Assembly: GCA_963710375.1 (NCBI GenBank)
Contig: CAVPZX010000002.1
Coordinates: forward strand, 352,001 to 416,000
DNA length: 64,000 nt
Source: Nitrospirota bacterium
GTDB taxonomy: Bacteria; Nitrospirota; Thermodesulfovibrionia; Thermodesulfovibrionales; Dissulfurispiraceae
Direction: 5' to 3'
The notes under the pieces are model-generated. The model worked only from the letters and a program-made list of their open reading frames with translations. It ran no database searches and was not told the origin of the DNA. A program made the position numbers and the translations under genes. This document shows positions 20,004-31,233 of the stretch, one piece after another. The stretch's first letter is position 1. The number at the start of each line of letters is the position of its first letter.

Positions 20004-21290
20004 ATGACTACCAAGAGAGGTACAAAAAAGATGGAAAATTATATTGCGATCTCAGAATTGAAAGAGAAGACCATTGACGACCTTGCCGGTCTTGCCAAAG
20101 AACTGAACGTAGAGGGCGCGTCAGGGTTGAGAAAGCAGGACCTGATTTTCGCCATTCTTCAGGCCCAGGCTGAAAAAGCAGGGAGCGTTTACGGTTCAGG
20201 AGTGCTGGAGATACTGCCCGACGGCTTCGGTTTCCTCCGTTCGCCAGACTACAGCTATTTGCCGAGTCCCGACGATATATATGTATCACCGTCACAGATC
20301 AGGAGGTTCAGTTTACGCACAGGTGATTATGTATCCGGCCAGATCAGGCCGCCCAAAGACAATGAGCGGTACTTCGCCCTGTTGAAGGTGGAGAGCATCA
20401 ACAATGAATCGATCGAGCGTAATGTGAACCGTCCGCTCTTCGATAATCTCACCCCATATTATCCCACTGAAAAGGTAACCCTTGAGTATGATAATGACTT
20501 CTCGATGAGGGTAATGGAATTGACAGCCCCTATAGGCAAAGGCCAGAGGGGTCTGATAGTTGCAGCACCGAGGACCGGTAAGACAATGCTGCTGCAATCA
20601 ATTGCAAAAGCGATCACAACAAATCATAAAGAAATTCACCTTATTATTCTGCTTATCGACGAACGGCCTGAGGAGGTAACGGACTGGAAAAGACAGGTAA
20701 GCGGCGCAGAGATCATAAGTTCAACCTTTGACGAGCCACCCCAGCGGCATTGCCAGGTATCGGAGATGGTTATCGAGCGGGCCAAGAGGCTGGTGGAAAC
20801 AAGAAAAGACGTGGTCATCCTCCTTGACAGTATAACAAGGCTGGCAAGGGCATATAACGCAATAACACCCACCAGCGGTAAAGTGCTGTCCGGAGGACTC
20901 GATGCCAACGCGCTGCAGAGGCCCAAGAGATTTTTCGGCACGGCGAGGAGCATAGAGGAAGGCGGCAGTCTGACCATTTTGGCGACAGCGCTTGTCGATA
21001 CGGGAAGCCGTATGGATGACGTCATTTTTGAAGAATTTAAAGGGACCGGCAATATGGAACTGCATCTCGACCGAAAGCTTGTGGACAAGAGAATATTCCC
21101 GAGCATTGATATCAATTCATCAGGCACAAGAAAAGAAGAACTGCTCGTTGACAGGGACATCCTGAACAAGATGTGGATTCTCAGAAAGGTGCTGAACCCG
21201 TTGAGCACTGTAGAAAGTGTTGAATTCCTGCTGAGCAAGCTTAAAGGCACGAGGAGCAACAGCGAGTTCCTGGAGATGATGAACAAATAG
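20004..21290 (+). CDS. rho: Transcription termination factor Rho (start may be 20031)
   Basis: [46 protein letters not shown]. Confidence 0.98.
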   Translation: MTTKRGTKKMENYIAISELKEKTIDDLAGLAKELNVEGASGLRKQDLIFAILQAQAEKAGSVYGSGVLEILPDGFGFLRSPDYSYLPSPDDIYVSPSQIRRFSLRTGDYVSGQIRPPKDNERYFALLKVESINNESIERNVNRPLFDNLTPYYPTEKVTLEYDNDFSMRVMELTAPIGKGQRGLIVAAPRTGKTMLLQSIAKAITTNHKEIHLIILLIDERPEEVTDWKRQVSGAEIISSTFDEPPQRHCQVSEMVIERAKRLVETRKDVVILLDSITRLARAYNAITPTSGKVLSGGLDANALQRPKRFFGTARSIEEGGSLTILATALVDTGSRMDDVIFEEFKGTGNMELHLDRKLVDKRIFPSIDINSSGTRKEELLVDRDILNKMWILRKVLNPLSTVESVEFLLSKLKGTRSNSEFLEMMNK

Positions 21291-21331
21291 CCGGCGGGCC
21301 AGTAAACTGAAGGTCCGGAATTCGACAACCT

Positions 21332-21724
21332 ATGCAACTGGAAGATAATGGAAAATGTTTCGTATGTGGCAAAGACAACCCATGCGGTCTAAAACTCTCC
21401 TTTGCTCTCCTAGACGGAAAAATCACTTCTGAATTTACTCCCTCCTCTCTGCATCAGGGGTATAAAGACATTACCCACGGAGGCATAATTACGGCTCTTC
21501 TCGACGAAGCCATGATACAGGCGGCTCTGATCGAGGGGATTTCCCCTGTTACTGCAGAAATTAATGTGCGCTTTAAAAAACCTTTAATTGCCGGACAGCT
21601 GACGCATATAGAAGCCGAAATAGTGAGCAAAGGCACTCGGCTCATTGAAGCCAGGGCGAGGTTGACATCCGGCGCTCAAGGCAATGTGATTGCCGAAGGG
21701 CATGCAAAACTGCTGATAAAATGA
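21332..21724 (+). CDS. PaaI/hot-dog fold thioesterase
   Basis: CFVCG..NP.GL, HGGII.ALLDE. Confidence 0.88.
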   Translation: MQLEDNGKCFVCGKDNPCGLKLSFALLDGKITSEFTPSSLHQGYKDITHGGIITALLDEAMIQAALIEGISPVTAEINVRFKKPLIAGQLTHIEAEIVSKGTRLIEARARLTSGAQGNVIAEGHAKLLIK

Positions 21725-23773
21725 AAAACCAAATCTTCATAATATGTTCGCTTATAGTAGTTATCTCCGGAATTATAACCCTCAGTATTTTTTTCCAGCA
21801 GTCGCTGCAAATGGAAATTGCCGAGCGGTTCAACAGCCAGCAGTTCTTGCTTTCAGAATCAATTGCAGACAACATAAAATCTTATGTCCTGCGCGAACAA
21901 GAGGAACTCCTTTTAACAGCGCGTATCCTGTCTGAAGACGACATGCGGAGCGAAAGGGGCTTCACTGAAATAGAAGAAAAACTCAAGACAGACTCATAAG
22001 GGAATGGTTGACACAAAACTCGGATTGCTCAACACGCACGGGGAACTGCTCTTCTTTCGAGGGGAGAGGGACCTGCTGCGGCCCGATATGCCCGATATAA
22101 TACAGCGGGCAAAAGGCATGGAGTTCGGCACGACACGCCTGATCGAGAAGTCACCTTATCTCTATATCATATCACCGGTCCGCCAGCAGACAGGCCCTGG
22201 ATACATAGCTTTCTTCAGCACCAGAATAGAAACCATCTCCAACATCGCCCAAAATTTCGTGCGCAGCATCAAATCCAGGACCATCAGATATGCTTGGATG
22301 ATGGATAAAGACGGCACTCTGCTTTTCCACCCCAAGCAGCCCGGCATGGTGGGGAGAAACCTTTATAAGGCAGACCCTACCTGCTTTAAATGCCACCTCA
22401 ACTTCGATCTCGAAAAAAAAATCGTAGAGGGCCGGATCGAGAACGTCGGCAGATATATCTCTCCATCAGGCAAAGATAAGATCGTAGCATTCTCGACAAT
22501 GCCCATAGGCGACCTGAAGTGGATTATCGCGGTATCATCACCTTACACCGAAGTGTCTCTCCCCATAAAGCAAAGCATGAAGCTCTATTCCTACCTTATC
22601 GTATCAATTTTTATCACCACCAGCTTTGTTTCTGCAGTGCTCATTGTCTTCAACAAAAAGAGGATCAGTGCACAGGCGGTCGCGCGGAGAAAAGAAGAAC
22701 TGGAGAAGTACGCGGCGCAACTCGAAGACCGGGTCAATGAGCGGACCGCCGAATTATCAAGTGAAAAAGAAAAACTGAATACGATCGTGAGCACAATCGG
22801 CGGAGGAATCATCCTGGTCTCAAAAGAGGGCCAAATCCAGTGGGCCAACCAGATGATGGGGGACATGGCCGGCACGAACGTGATCGGCAAGTACTGCGAG
22901 GAGTTGTTCCAGGATTGCAATCTGGCTGCCACTTACTCCCACGATCATATAGACACTATCATACTCACAAACCTTTTCGACCGGAAAGACGACTATTTTC
23001 AGGTGACCACCGCACCCCTGATAGGAGATACCGGTGAATTGCACGGCTATATACGACTCATTCAGGATGTCACCGAAATAAAAAAGATGGAGGAGCAGAT
23101 AATCAACTCTGAAAAACTCGCCTCTATCGGCAGGCTCGCAGCAGGCATCGCCCATGAAATCGGCAATCCGCTCACTTCCATTTTTTCATTCGTGCAGATT
23201 CTCAGGGAAATGGAAAGGGAAGATACATTTAAGAGAGAGAGCCTCGAAACGATCTCCTTCCATGTCAACAGGATTTCGGAGATACTAAAACAGCTTTCGG
23301 GATTTGCGAAAATACCCTCGGGCGAATCGAAGCGTTGTATGGTCAATGAAATCATCGATACTGCCCTAAACCTGATCCAGTATGATAAAAAAGCAAAAAA
23401 TATCTCTATTTTGAAAGAGCTTTCATCAGATCTTCCTGAGATAGTAACCGATGCCAACCAGTTGTCGCAGGTCTTCGTGAACCTTACCCTTAATGCAATC
23501 GACGCCATGCCCGATGGGGGTACGCTCACGGTGAGGAGTTTTACGCGTGACGGCTCGATCGCGATTCAGTTCCAGGACACCGGCATAGGCATACCGAAAA
23601 AGGATATCAATAAAATATTCGATCCTTTTTACACAACCAAAGAGAAGGGAACAGGGCTGGGGCTGGCGGTAAGCTATGATATAATAAAAAAAATGAACGG
23701 AACCCTTGCAGTCTCCAGCAAACCAGGTAAGAGTACCACCTTTACCATACTGCTGCCTGTGGAGCATTCATGA
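21721..23773 (+). pseudogene. Cache-domain sensor histidine kinase with a CxxCH motif, split by a +1 frameshift near 21986-21993
   Basis: ORF 21721-21999 holds TM1; ORF 22004-23773 holds CFKCH, TM2, AHEIGNPL H-box and G boxes; removing one copy of AGACAGAC fuses the two. Confidence 0.7.
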
Positions 23774-25125
23774 AGCCTAAAATCCTTGTAGTGGACGACG
23801 AGCGTGATATCTGCAAGGCCCTGGCCTTTCTGCTTGGCCAGGAAGGCTATGCCGTTACAACGGCAAACAGCGGCGAGCAGGCGATCCAGCAACTTAATGA
23901 AGAACATTTTGATGTAGTGCTTACCGATCTGAAAATGGGCAAGATCGACGGAATGGGGGTGCTCGAAAAAGTAAAAGATATGACTCCTGATACTAAGGTT
24001 ATCATGATGACGGCCTTTGCATCGCTTGAGTCTGCAATAGAGGCAATGAAGCGTGGGGCTGTGGATTACATAGTTAAGCCTTTCCATAACGAAGAAATTA
24101 AACTCGCTATAAAAAGAATTCTAGAGCAGAAAAGGCTCGTTATCGAAAATATTGCCCTCAAACAGCAGATAAGCCAACGACAAGGCATATCATTCAAGGA
24201 ATTCGTCGGGATTTCTGCACCGATGCTGAAGATATTTGAAACTCTCGAAAAGGTAATCCCAACAAAGAGCAATATCTTTCTATTAGGCGAAAGCGGTTCG
24301 GGAAAGGGACTTATTGCAGAGATCGTTCACTGCAACAGCCCTCGCCGCGATAAGCCATTTATATCAATAAACTGCTCCGCTATCCCCGAAGGATTGCTGG
24401 AATCCGAGCTTTTCGGGTACAAAAAAGGGGCATTCACCGGAGCGGTTGCCGACAAATTGGGTCTTATACCTCTTGCCAATCAGGGCACTTTTTTCCTGGA
24501 CGAAATAGGTGACATGCCGATTTCCTTGCAGGCAAAACTCCTTAAAGTGCTCGAAACAGGAGAAGTCTATCCTCTTGGTGATACAAAACCACGCATTGTC
24601 GATATTCGCATTATTTCGGCAACCAATGCTGATATCGATAATAAAATCAGGGAAGGCAAGTTCAGGGAGGACCTTTACTGGAGGCTTAATGTAATAGAAA
24701 TAAAGGTCCCGCCGTTGCGCGACAGGAAAGACGATATCGATCTCCTATGCCGGCATTTTATCGCTAAATTTACTGGAGAACACAAAAAAGACATCATCGG
24801 CATTGACAATCTGGCCCTTGCAGCGTTGCTGGACTACTCATGGCCGGGCAATGTTAGGGAATTGAGCAACACCATAGAGCGCTCGGTTGTCCTTGCGGGG
24901 GGCAGGATTATAAGTCTCTGTGATCTCCCGGAGAAGCTGAGAAAGCCTGATCACGAACAAGAAACCTCCCTCCTTAAAGTTTATGTCGCCGATTACGAAA
25001 AAAATATGATATTGAAAACGTATGCCGCCCACAATAAAAATAAAGACGAAACCGCGAGGGCTCTCGGCGTCAACCTTGCCACGCTTTACAGGAAATTCAA
25101 GAAATTTTGCATAGAAACCGAATGA
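23770..25125 (+). CDS. Sigma-54-dependent response regulator (NtrC family)
   Basis: Receiver domain, GESGSGK, ESELFG..KGAFTGA, WPGNVREL, Fis-type HTH. Confidence 0.95.
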   Translation: MKPKILVVDDERDICKALAFLLGQEGYAVTTANSGEQAIQQLNEEHFDVVLTDLKMGKIDGMGVLEKVKDMTPDTKVIMMTAFASLESAIEAMKRGAVDYIVKPFHNEEIKLAIKRILEQKRLVIENIALKQQISQRQGISFKEFVGISAPMLKIFETLEKVIPTKSNIFLLGESGSGKGLIAEIVHCNSPRRDKPFISINCSAIPEGLLESELFGYKKGAFTGAVADKLGLIPLANQGTFFLDEIGDMPISLQAKLLKVLETGEVYPLGDTKPRIVDIRIISATNADIDNKIREGKFREDLYWRLNVIEIKVPPLRDRKDDIDLLCRHFIAKFTGEHKKDIIGIDNLALAALLDYSWPGNVRELSNTIERSVVLAGGRIISLCDLPEKLRKPDHEQETSLLKVYVADYEKNMILKTYAAHNKNKDETARALGVNLATLYRKFKKFCIETE

Positions 25126-25183
25126 AAAAGGCGCCTCTAGTGAGTGAGCACAGCGAGCGATTGCCTGAAGGTATTTATAGCAA

Positions 25184-25489
25184 ATGAAAAAGGCTTTTTA
25201 CATCGGAGCGGCAACTGGCGGAATTCTTGGTGCTATAGTAGCATTGAGCATGGATTTTCTGTTGGGCAATGCTGTCGGCGGCAGTTGGGGTGATGCGGTT
25301 GCGCACGATCTGAATTACTATTTCAAGGCGAATCTGCCTGCGAACCATGTACTCGTCGTATTAGGCGTCTTTATAGTTATCGGAATCATTATGGCTTTCG
25401 GCTCTCTTATCGGCGGAGTATTCAGCATGATGATCGCCCGACTCTTCAGCATGCTTATAAAAGAAGAAAAGAAAGGCTATAGGCAATAG
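25184..25489 (+). CDS. Small membrane protein of unknown function
   Basis: Gly-rich hydrophobic segments at both ends; RBS-like GAAGG upstream. Confidence 0.7.
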   Translation: MKKAFYIGAATGGILGAIVALSMDFLLGNAVGGSWGDAVAHDLNYYFKANLPANHVLVVLGVFIVIGIIMAFGSLIGGVFSMMIARLFSMLIKEEKKGYRQ

Positions 25490-25554
25490 GCTATGGACAA
25501 TGGGTTAAGGAAAGAAATTTTGTTCCTTTGCCTATAGCCTATTGCCTTTCTTTC
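25467..25554. repeat. Palindromic element of tandem heptamers (AGGCWAT / ATWGCCT) between convergent genes
   Basis: aggctat aggcaat aggctat ... ttgcct atagcct attgcct; contains both stop codons. Confidence 0.8.
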
Positions 25555-26012
25555 AACAGACACACAGCCTGGGCCGCAATACCTTCTCCCCTGCCGACAA
25601 ACCCCATTCCTTCGTTGGTCTTTGCCTTAATATTGATGGTGGAAGAGGGAATTCCAGCCTCTGCAAAGACTGCCTTCATTGAATCAATAAACGGGGCCAG
25701 CTTAGGTCTTTCTGCAAGGACAACCGCATCTATCCATACGACCTCATACCTGTGAGAATGCACAAGCTCCAAAATATGCTGCAAGAGCCCCATACTTGAG
25801 GCGTCTTTCCATCGCTCTTCAGTATCGGGGAAGTGTTTTCCTATGTCGCCGGCGCCGAGCGCACCGATAAGGGCATCAATAACGGCGTGACAGAGCACAT
25901 CGCCGTCTGAATGGCCGAGCAGGCCTTTTTCAAAAGGGACATCCACGCCGCCAATAATCAGGCGTCTGCCGTTGACGAGCCGGTGCGAATCATATCCGGT
26001 ACCTATGCGCAT
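25539..26012 (-). CDS. ispF: 2-C-methyl-D-erythritol 2,4-cyclodiphosphate synthase
   Basis: MRIGTGYDSH, GHSDGDV, DIGKHFP, KAKTNE. Confidence 0.96.
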   Translation of the reverse strand: MRIGTGYDSHRLVNGRRLIIGGVDVPFEKGLLGHSDGDVLCHAVIDALIGALGAGDIGKHFPDTEERWKDASSMGLLQHILELVHSHRYEVVWIDAVVLAERPKLAPFIDSMKAVFAEAGIPSSTINIKAKTNEGMGFVGRGEGIAAQAVCLLKERQ

Positions 26013-26743
26013 GATTTTGACCTGCTTCGATACAGGGTCTCGGCAATATTGACATCTTCCAGGGTAGTAATTTTTAAATTCATATATGAGCCCTCGATGA
26101 TCCTGACGCGTCCACCGTAATGTTCGATCAGGGCGGCATCATCAGTTGCATAGTACCCTTCGGCAAGCGCCCTGCCGTGCGCTTCCCTTATCTTCGCGTA
26201 ATTAAAGGTCTGGGGCGTCTGGACCGCCCACAGGACATTGCGATTCAGGGTCCTTAGGACAATAAGCCCATCTCCCAGCCCTTTCGCCCCGCCTGAGGCG
26301 GGCTCTTTGCCTTGCACCTCTTTGATCGTGTCCTTCACTGGCACACCCACAACAATACCGTCAAAACCATCCAACTGCGATATGCTGTTTTTAATCAGCA
26401 AACTGTTCACCAGCGGTCTCGCGCCGTCATGAATTACAACGATGGAGGTCTCGTTATCAAGCGCCCTGAGCCCGTTATATACAGAATCCTGCCGCTCCCT
26501 GCCTCCAGGAACAATCTGCCTGACTTTGGCTATATTGTATCGTTCTACCAGATCTGCCGCTGCTTTGAGGTCCTCTTCCTTGACTACAGGTATTATCTCT
26601 CCGATCTCATCGACGGACTGGAGCGCCTGTAGTGCCCAGACAACCAGCGGTTTGCCCATAAACTCAAACAGCGACTTGTTTTCTCCGGCTCCGAAACGCC
26701 TGCCGAGTCCTGCGGCAGGTACAATCGCTCCAATTTTGTCCAC
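26003..26743 (-). CDS. ispD: 2-C-methyl-D-erythritol 4-phosphate cytidylyltransferase
   Basis: PAAG.GRR, GG.ERQDSV, IHDGARP, QTPQ, TDDA, NLKITT. Confidence 0.96.
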   Translation of the reverse strand: MDKIGAIVPAAGLGRRFGAGENKSLFEFMGKPLVVWALQALQSVDEIGEIIPVVKEEDLKAAADLVERYNIAKVRQIVPGGRERQDSVYNGLRALDNETSIVVIHDGARPLVNSLLIKNSISQLDGFDGIVVGVPVKDTIKEVQGKEPASGGAKGLGDGLIVLRTLNRNVLWAVQTPQTFNYAKIREAHGRALAEGYYATDDAALIEHYGGRVRIIEGSYMNLKITTLEDVNIAETLYRSRSKSCA

Positions 26744-26752
26744 CGACGTTTT

Positions 26753-27736
26753 TTATTCCTCTTCCTTCAACTTTGCAAATATCATTCTTCCAGCCGTAGT
26801 CTGCAAAACACTCGTAACTGCCACCTCGACATTCTTACCGATAAGCTTCCTGGAATTTTCAATTACTACCATAGTACCATCATCAAGGTAGGCTACACCC
26901 TGGTTGTATTCCTTTCCTTCTTTGACAATAAACAGGTTGAGGGTCTCTCCCGGTAGCACTACCGGCTTGAGCACATTTGCAAGTTCATTGATATTCAATA
27001 CGACCACGCCCTGCAGCTGCGCCACCTTGTTCAAGTTGAAATCATTGGTGATGATCTTGCCGTTCAGGAGCCGTGCCAGGGAAATGAGTTTGGCATCCAC
27101 CTCTTTTATGTTCGGGAAATCCTCTTCGACTATCCTGACTTTTATGTTCGACATCTTCTGAATCCGGTGCAGCACGTCAAGTCCGCGTCTTCCCTTTGAT
27201 CTCCTCATAGGATCGGGAGAATCGGCGATGTACTGAAGTTCCTGAAGTATAAATTGAGCAATAATAAACGTGCCCTCCAGAAAACCGGCTTCGATGACCT
27301 CTGCTATACGTCCGTCAATGATCACGCTGGTATCAAGGACCTTCAGCCCTTCCTCGAGTTCCTGGCCTTTAAACAGCCTCATGATTGCAGGAATGGTAAG
27401 ATTCTTTCCCCTGTAAAGACCTACAAACAACCCTCCGTATCCGAGTATAGCGTTCAGGGCAAATGTGGATAACGTCCAGTTTTCACCAATAATAATCGAG
27501 TGGAAAGGAAATAAAAGTAGATTGGCGAATAAAAGCCCTGTTGTCAGACCGAAAAGCCCTCCGATCACGGATCCGAAAGAAACCTTGCTCAGCCTTATCT
27601 CTACAACAATAGTGATCAAACCCAGAAAAATGCCCGTAACTAATCCCTGGGCTATAAAGCCGTATTTCAAGCCGTAAAAATATCCTGCTATCAAAAAAAC
27701 CGCTAATATGATAATACGTGCAAGCAGTGTAGACAC
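26753..27736 (-). CDS. Membrane PIN/TRAM domain protein (YacL-like)
   Basis: LDTSVIIDGRI, GRRGLD, TNDFNLNKVA, YLDDGTM; upstream of ispDF; GTG at 27736 after a G-rich RBS. Confidence 0.93.
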   Translation of the reverse strand: MSTLLARIIILAVFLIAGYFYGLKYGFIAQGLVTGIFLGLITIVVEIRLSKVSFGSVIGGLFGLTTGLLFANLLLFPFHSIIIGENWTLSTFALNAILGYGGLFVGLYRGKNLTIPAIMRLFKGQELEEGLKVLDTSVIIDGRIAEVIEAGFLEGTFIIAQFILQELQYIADSPDPMRRSKGRRGLDVLHRIQKMSNIKVRIVEEDFPNIKEVDAKLISLARLLNGKIITNDFNLNKVAQLQGVVVLNINELANVLKPVVLPGETLNLFIVKEGKEYNQGVAYLDDGTMVVIENSRKLIGKNVEVAVTSVLQTTAGRMIFAKLKEEE

Positions 27737-27768
27737 ATGTTTCACCCCCTTTCCGAATATAATAAACA

Positions 27769-27854
27769 AAGGTTAAGGTAGAGGTTAAGGTTAAGGAAAA
27801 AATTAAAACAAAGTCTTTGGTTTCTTTTCTTTACCTCAGCCTTAACCTTAATCT
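27769..27854. repeat. Palindromic element of tandem hexamers (AGGTTA / TAACCT)
   Basis: aggtta aggtag aggtta aggtta agg ... ttacct cagcct taacct taatct. Confidence 0.8.
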
Positions 27855-27858
27855 GTCT

Positions 27859-29316
27859 TTACTGCGGCGACAATGCAACGTAAAACTTTTTACCGCCGCG
27901 ATTAACAAACAGCAAGACCGTATCGATCGGTCTCACTTTGGCTGCAGCTTTGTTGAATTCATTCAGATTCGAGATCCTCTGTCTGTCAACCTCCTGCACA
28001 ATGTCACCTTTTTTCAGACCCGCTTCGTCCGCGGGTGAATCCGGTTCAATTTTGACTACAACAACTCCCTTCTCGTCATATTCCACGCCAAGCTGTTTGA
28101 TTATAGATCGAGTAATGTCCGTGGCAGCCACGCCCGAGAGGGCATTTTCGTTAGTTTCCTGCTTCGAAGATACCACGCCCGAAGTCATATCGGACGCATC
28201 AGTCGGAAGCTCGACAATATTCACCACAGTTGCCAACATCTTATCTCTTCTCAACAATTTAATGCCCACCTGATCACCAATCCGGCTCTGTGCTACCATA
28301 TTTCTCAGGACACCCACGTCTTCAACCTTTTTCCCATCAAATTCAAGAATGATATCTCCCCTCATTATGCCTGCTACCTGTGCAGGACTCCCCTGTGCGA
28401 CATCACTGACAAGAGCTCCCTCAGAGAATTTAAGGCCAAACTTCTGGGCAAGCTCAGGTGTGAGTTCCTGTATTGTGACACCTATCCACCCGCGGACCAC
28501 CTTGCCTTTTTTCAACAGCTGGTCCATAACAAGTCGGACCATATTGCTCGGTACGGCAAATCCGATGCCCTGGTAGCCGCCCGTCTTTGAGAAAATTGCA
28601 GTATTTATACCTATCAACTGGCCTTTTATATTCACTAACGGTCCACCCGAATTCCCGGGATTGATGGCGGCATCGGTCTGGATGAAATTTTCATAATCGG
28701 CAATCCCTACATCCACACGGCCGACCGCGCTCACAATGCCCATCGTAACTGTATGACTTAAGGCAAAAGGGTTCCCTATGGCAAGAACAAATTCGCCTAC
28801 CTGGAGCCTATCCGAATCACCCCACGGTATAACGGGAAGATCCTTTGCACTGATTCTTATAACCGCAAGATCGGTTTTTGGATCTGATCCTATAATCTTT
28901 GCCCTGAAACTCCTCTTATCAAAGAGAATGACCTTAATATCATCCGACTGCTCGACAACATGATAATTGGTAATAATATAGCCATCGGGGGAAGCAATAA
29001 CTCCGGAACCCAGGCTTTGCTCTTTCCATTTCTTCACGCGGCCCTCAGGGAATGGATACAGGAAATCAAAAAACTCGTCAAAGGGGGTCGGCTGACGTTT
29101 CAGAGTCTTGATACTGGAAATATTAACAACCGCAGGTGAAACAGCCTTTACTATGTCGGAAAACCCCCGCGAGGTATCGGCAACTGAAAATGGCACTCTT
29201 GGCGTAAAGGGAATGTATGATGGAGCTGTACTTTTGCTCAAGATATGGTAGGTAATGCCTCCAAGCAGAAATCCTATCAACAAAAGTACCGGGATCCAGA
29301 TAATCTGTTTTTTCAT
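27859..29316 (-). CDS. HtrA/DegP (Do) serine protease with two PDZ domains
   Basis: TNYHVV, DLAV, QTDAAINPGNSGG, two PDZ repeats. Confidence 0.95.
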   Translation of the reverse strand: MKKQIIWIPVLLLIGFLLGGITYHILSKSTAPSYIPFTPRVPFSVADTSRGFSDIVKAVSPAVVNISSIKTLKRQPTPFDEFFDFLYPFPEGRVKKWKEQSLGSGVIASPDGYIITNYHVVEQSDDIKVILFDKRSFRAKIIGSDPKTDLAVIRISAKDLPVIPWGDSDRLQVGEFVLAIGNPFALSHTVTMGIVSAVGRVDVGIADYENFIQTDAAINPGNSGGPLVNIKGQLIGINTAIFSKTGGYQGIGFAVPSNMVRLVMDQLLKKGKVVRGWIGVTIQELTPELAQKFGLKFSEGALVSDVAQGSPAQVAGIMRGDIILEFDGKKVEDVGVLRNMVAQSRIGDQVGIKLLRRDKMLATVVNIVELPTDASDMTSGVVSSKQETNENALSGVAATDITRSIIKQLGVEYDEKGVVVVKIEPDSPADEAGLKKGDIVQEVDRQRISNLNEFNKAAAKVRPIDTVLLFVNRGGKKFYVALSPQ

Positions 29317-29319
29317 AAT

Positions 29320-31233
29320 TTATTTTAACATTAATCTTCTTATATCCCCAACTCTCAGGGTAATCTTCTTCGAGTCAAGATATTCGACAAAAGGCAGTGC
29401 ATATTTGCGGGTTGTCCCCAGCATGTCCCTGAATTCAGCGATGGACATTTCGCTTTTTTTCGCATAGAACTTTTTCAGCGAGCCGATCATCGCATCGTAT
29501 GTGACCTTAGTTATATAAAGAGAATCATTGATTCTTACCAGCAGGCCTTCTTTGGTAAGGAGCATGAGAAGGTCATTGAGTTCTTTTTCTTTGATTGACA
29601 ATTGCCGGACAAGCTCATTCTTCAAAGGGGGTTGGAATCTCTCTTTATCAAGTGCTGCCAGTATCCTCTGCTTTGTCCCTTCATCAGCATTTGAGAGCGC
29701 AACGCTAAAGCCGGTGAGACGTATTATATCCTTATCAACCGTCAGATCATTTATCATGGCAACAAGGCCGTCAAAAACCTTTTCATCTTCTTTAAGGCCA
29801 ACCCTTATCCTGGCCCTCAACTCCTCCTTGGGAACTCCCTGCTTCAAAGGATTTTCCTTATGAAAGCGGGCGACCTCGGCCAAAACCGTTTCACTGAATG
29901 CGTAGAAGCCGTCTTTGTGAAAAAGCAGGTCCTGACTTCTAACCAGTACCCCCTCTCTCAAAAGCTCCTTTATAGCAGATTCTATTTCCGGGATATCACC
30001 CTGCACCCAACCTATAATCTCTCCGGCAGAGACCCCCCTCAACCGGGACCTGCGGACTTTCATCCCTATCTTGTCCTTAAGTGACCCCTCCTTTAAAACC
30101 ATCAGGTCATCTATTCCAGCGCTCTTTTTCCTCCTGACAGGAAAGGGATCAAGGATTTCACCGCCTCCAATAGTCTCCAGCGGCGAGAACCACCGGATTA
30201 TGTAACGGTCGCCGGAAAGCACTACTACAGGATCTTCGAGGCGGAACTGGCAGTAGCAGGATTCACCAGGCCTTGCCTCCTCACTGTTGTAGACGATAAT
30301 CCGCGCTATGGTCTCCGACGTACCGGTATAAAAATGGACGCGGTCCCTGCTTTTTACGACCGGCGCATTCTTCAGTATCCCCAGTTCGGCATCGAGTGTC
30401 ATAGTGGGGAGGAGTTTGTCAGAATCAACAACTACATCACCCCTTTTGAGCGACTCCCGGTCGATGCCCTGAAGATTAATCCCTATCCTCTGTCCGGCAT
30501 ACGCCTTTTCAGTGCTTCTGCCGTGAGTTTGAAGCCCCCTGACCCTTGATGCAAGCTTGGCCGGCAGAATTTTTACGGGACTGTCCAATGTTATGGTGCC
30601 GGACAGCGCCGTTCCCGTCACCACTGTACCAAATCCCTTAAGCGTAAATACCCGGTCAACAGGCATTCTGAAAAGCCCCTGGGTACGTTTAGGCTGTACT
30701 TTGAGCGCAATGTCCCTGATTAGGTTTTTCAGAGTGTCGATATTCGACCCGGTTTTAACAGAGACAGGGAGTATTTCTGCGCTCTCAAGAAAAGTTCCTT
30801 TCACAAAACCTCGCACGTCGTCAGTCACGAGGTGCAGGCAGTCTTGGTCGACAAGGTCAGCTTTAGTAAGCGCAATAATGCCATCCTTGATTTTCAGCAG
30901 TTCGCATATCGCAAGATGCTCCCGGCTCTGGGGCATTATTCCTTCATCAGCAGCGATTGCCATCAGTACCACATCAACGCCTCCGGCGCCCGCCAGCATA
31001 TTTTTAATGAGCCTTTCATGGCCCGGCACATCGACTATTCCAACGGTAAGGTCATCAGGGTAAACAATACTGGCAAACCCCAGGTCTATAGTAATACCGC
31101 GCTCTTTCTCTTCTTTAAGCCTGTCGGGGTCAATTCCCGTAAGTGCCTTTACAAGAGAGCTCTTGCCATGATCAATGTGACCCGCCGTGCCAAGGACAAT
31201 ATTTTTGTGACTATGAACGGCAAACGAATCCAT
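29320..31233 (-). CDS. selB: Selenocysteine-specific elongation factor
   Basis: [31 protein letters not shown]-terminal TRKYALP..EYLD winged helix. Confidence 0.96.
   Translation of the reverse strand: MDSFAVHSHKNIVLGTAGHIDHGKSSLVKALTGIDPDRLKEEKERGITIDLGFASIVYPDDLTVGIVDVPGHERLIKNMLAGAGGVDVVLMAIAADEGIMPQSREHLAICELLKIKDGIIALTKADLVDQDCLHLVTDDVRGFVKGTFLESAEILPVSVKTGSNIDTLKNLIRDIALKVQPKRTQGLFRMPVDRVFTLKGFGTVVTGTALSGTITLDSPVKILPAKLASRVRGLQTHGRSTEKAYAGQRIGINLQGIDRESLKRGDVVVDSDKLLPTMTLDAELGILKNAPVVKSRDRVHFYTGTSETIARIIVYNSEEARPGESCYCQFRLEDPVVVLSGDRYIIRWFSPLETIGGGEILDPFPVRRKKSAGIDDLMVLKEGSLKDKIGMKVRRSRLRGVSAGEIIGWVQGDIPEIESAIKELLREGVLVRSQDLLFHKDGFYAFSETVLAEVARFHKENPLKQGVPKEELRARIRVGLKEDEKVFDGLVAMINDLTVDKDIIRLTGFSVALSNADEGTKQRILAALDKERFQPPLKNELVRQLSIKEKELNDLLMLLTKEGLLVRINDSLYITKVTYDAMIGSLKKFYAKKSEMSIAEFRDMLGTTRKYALPFVEYLDSKKITLRVGDIRRLMLK

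Noticed and set aside
20636..21337. 233-aa minus-strand ORF
   Set aside because: Antisense to rho.
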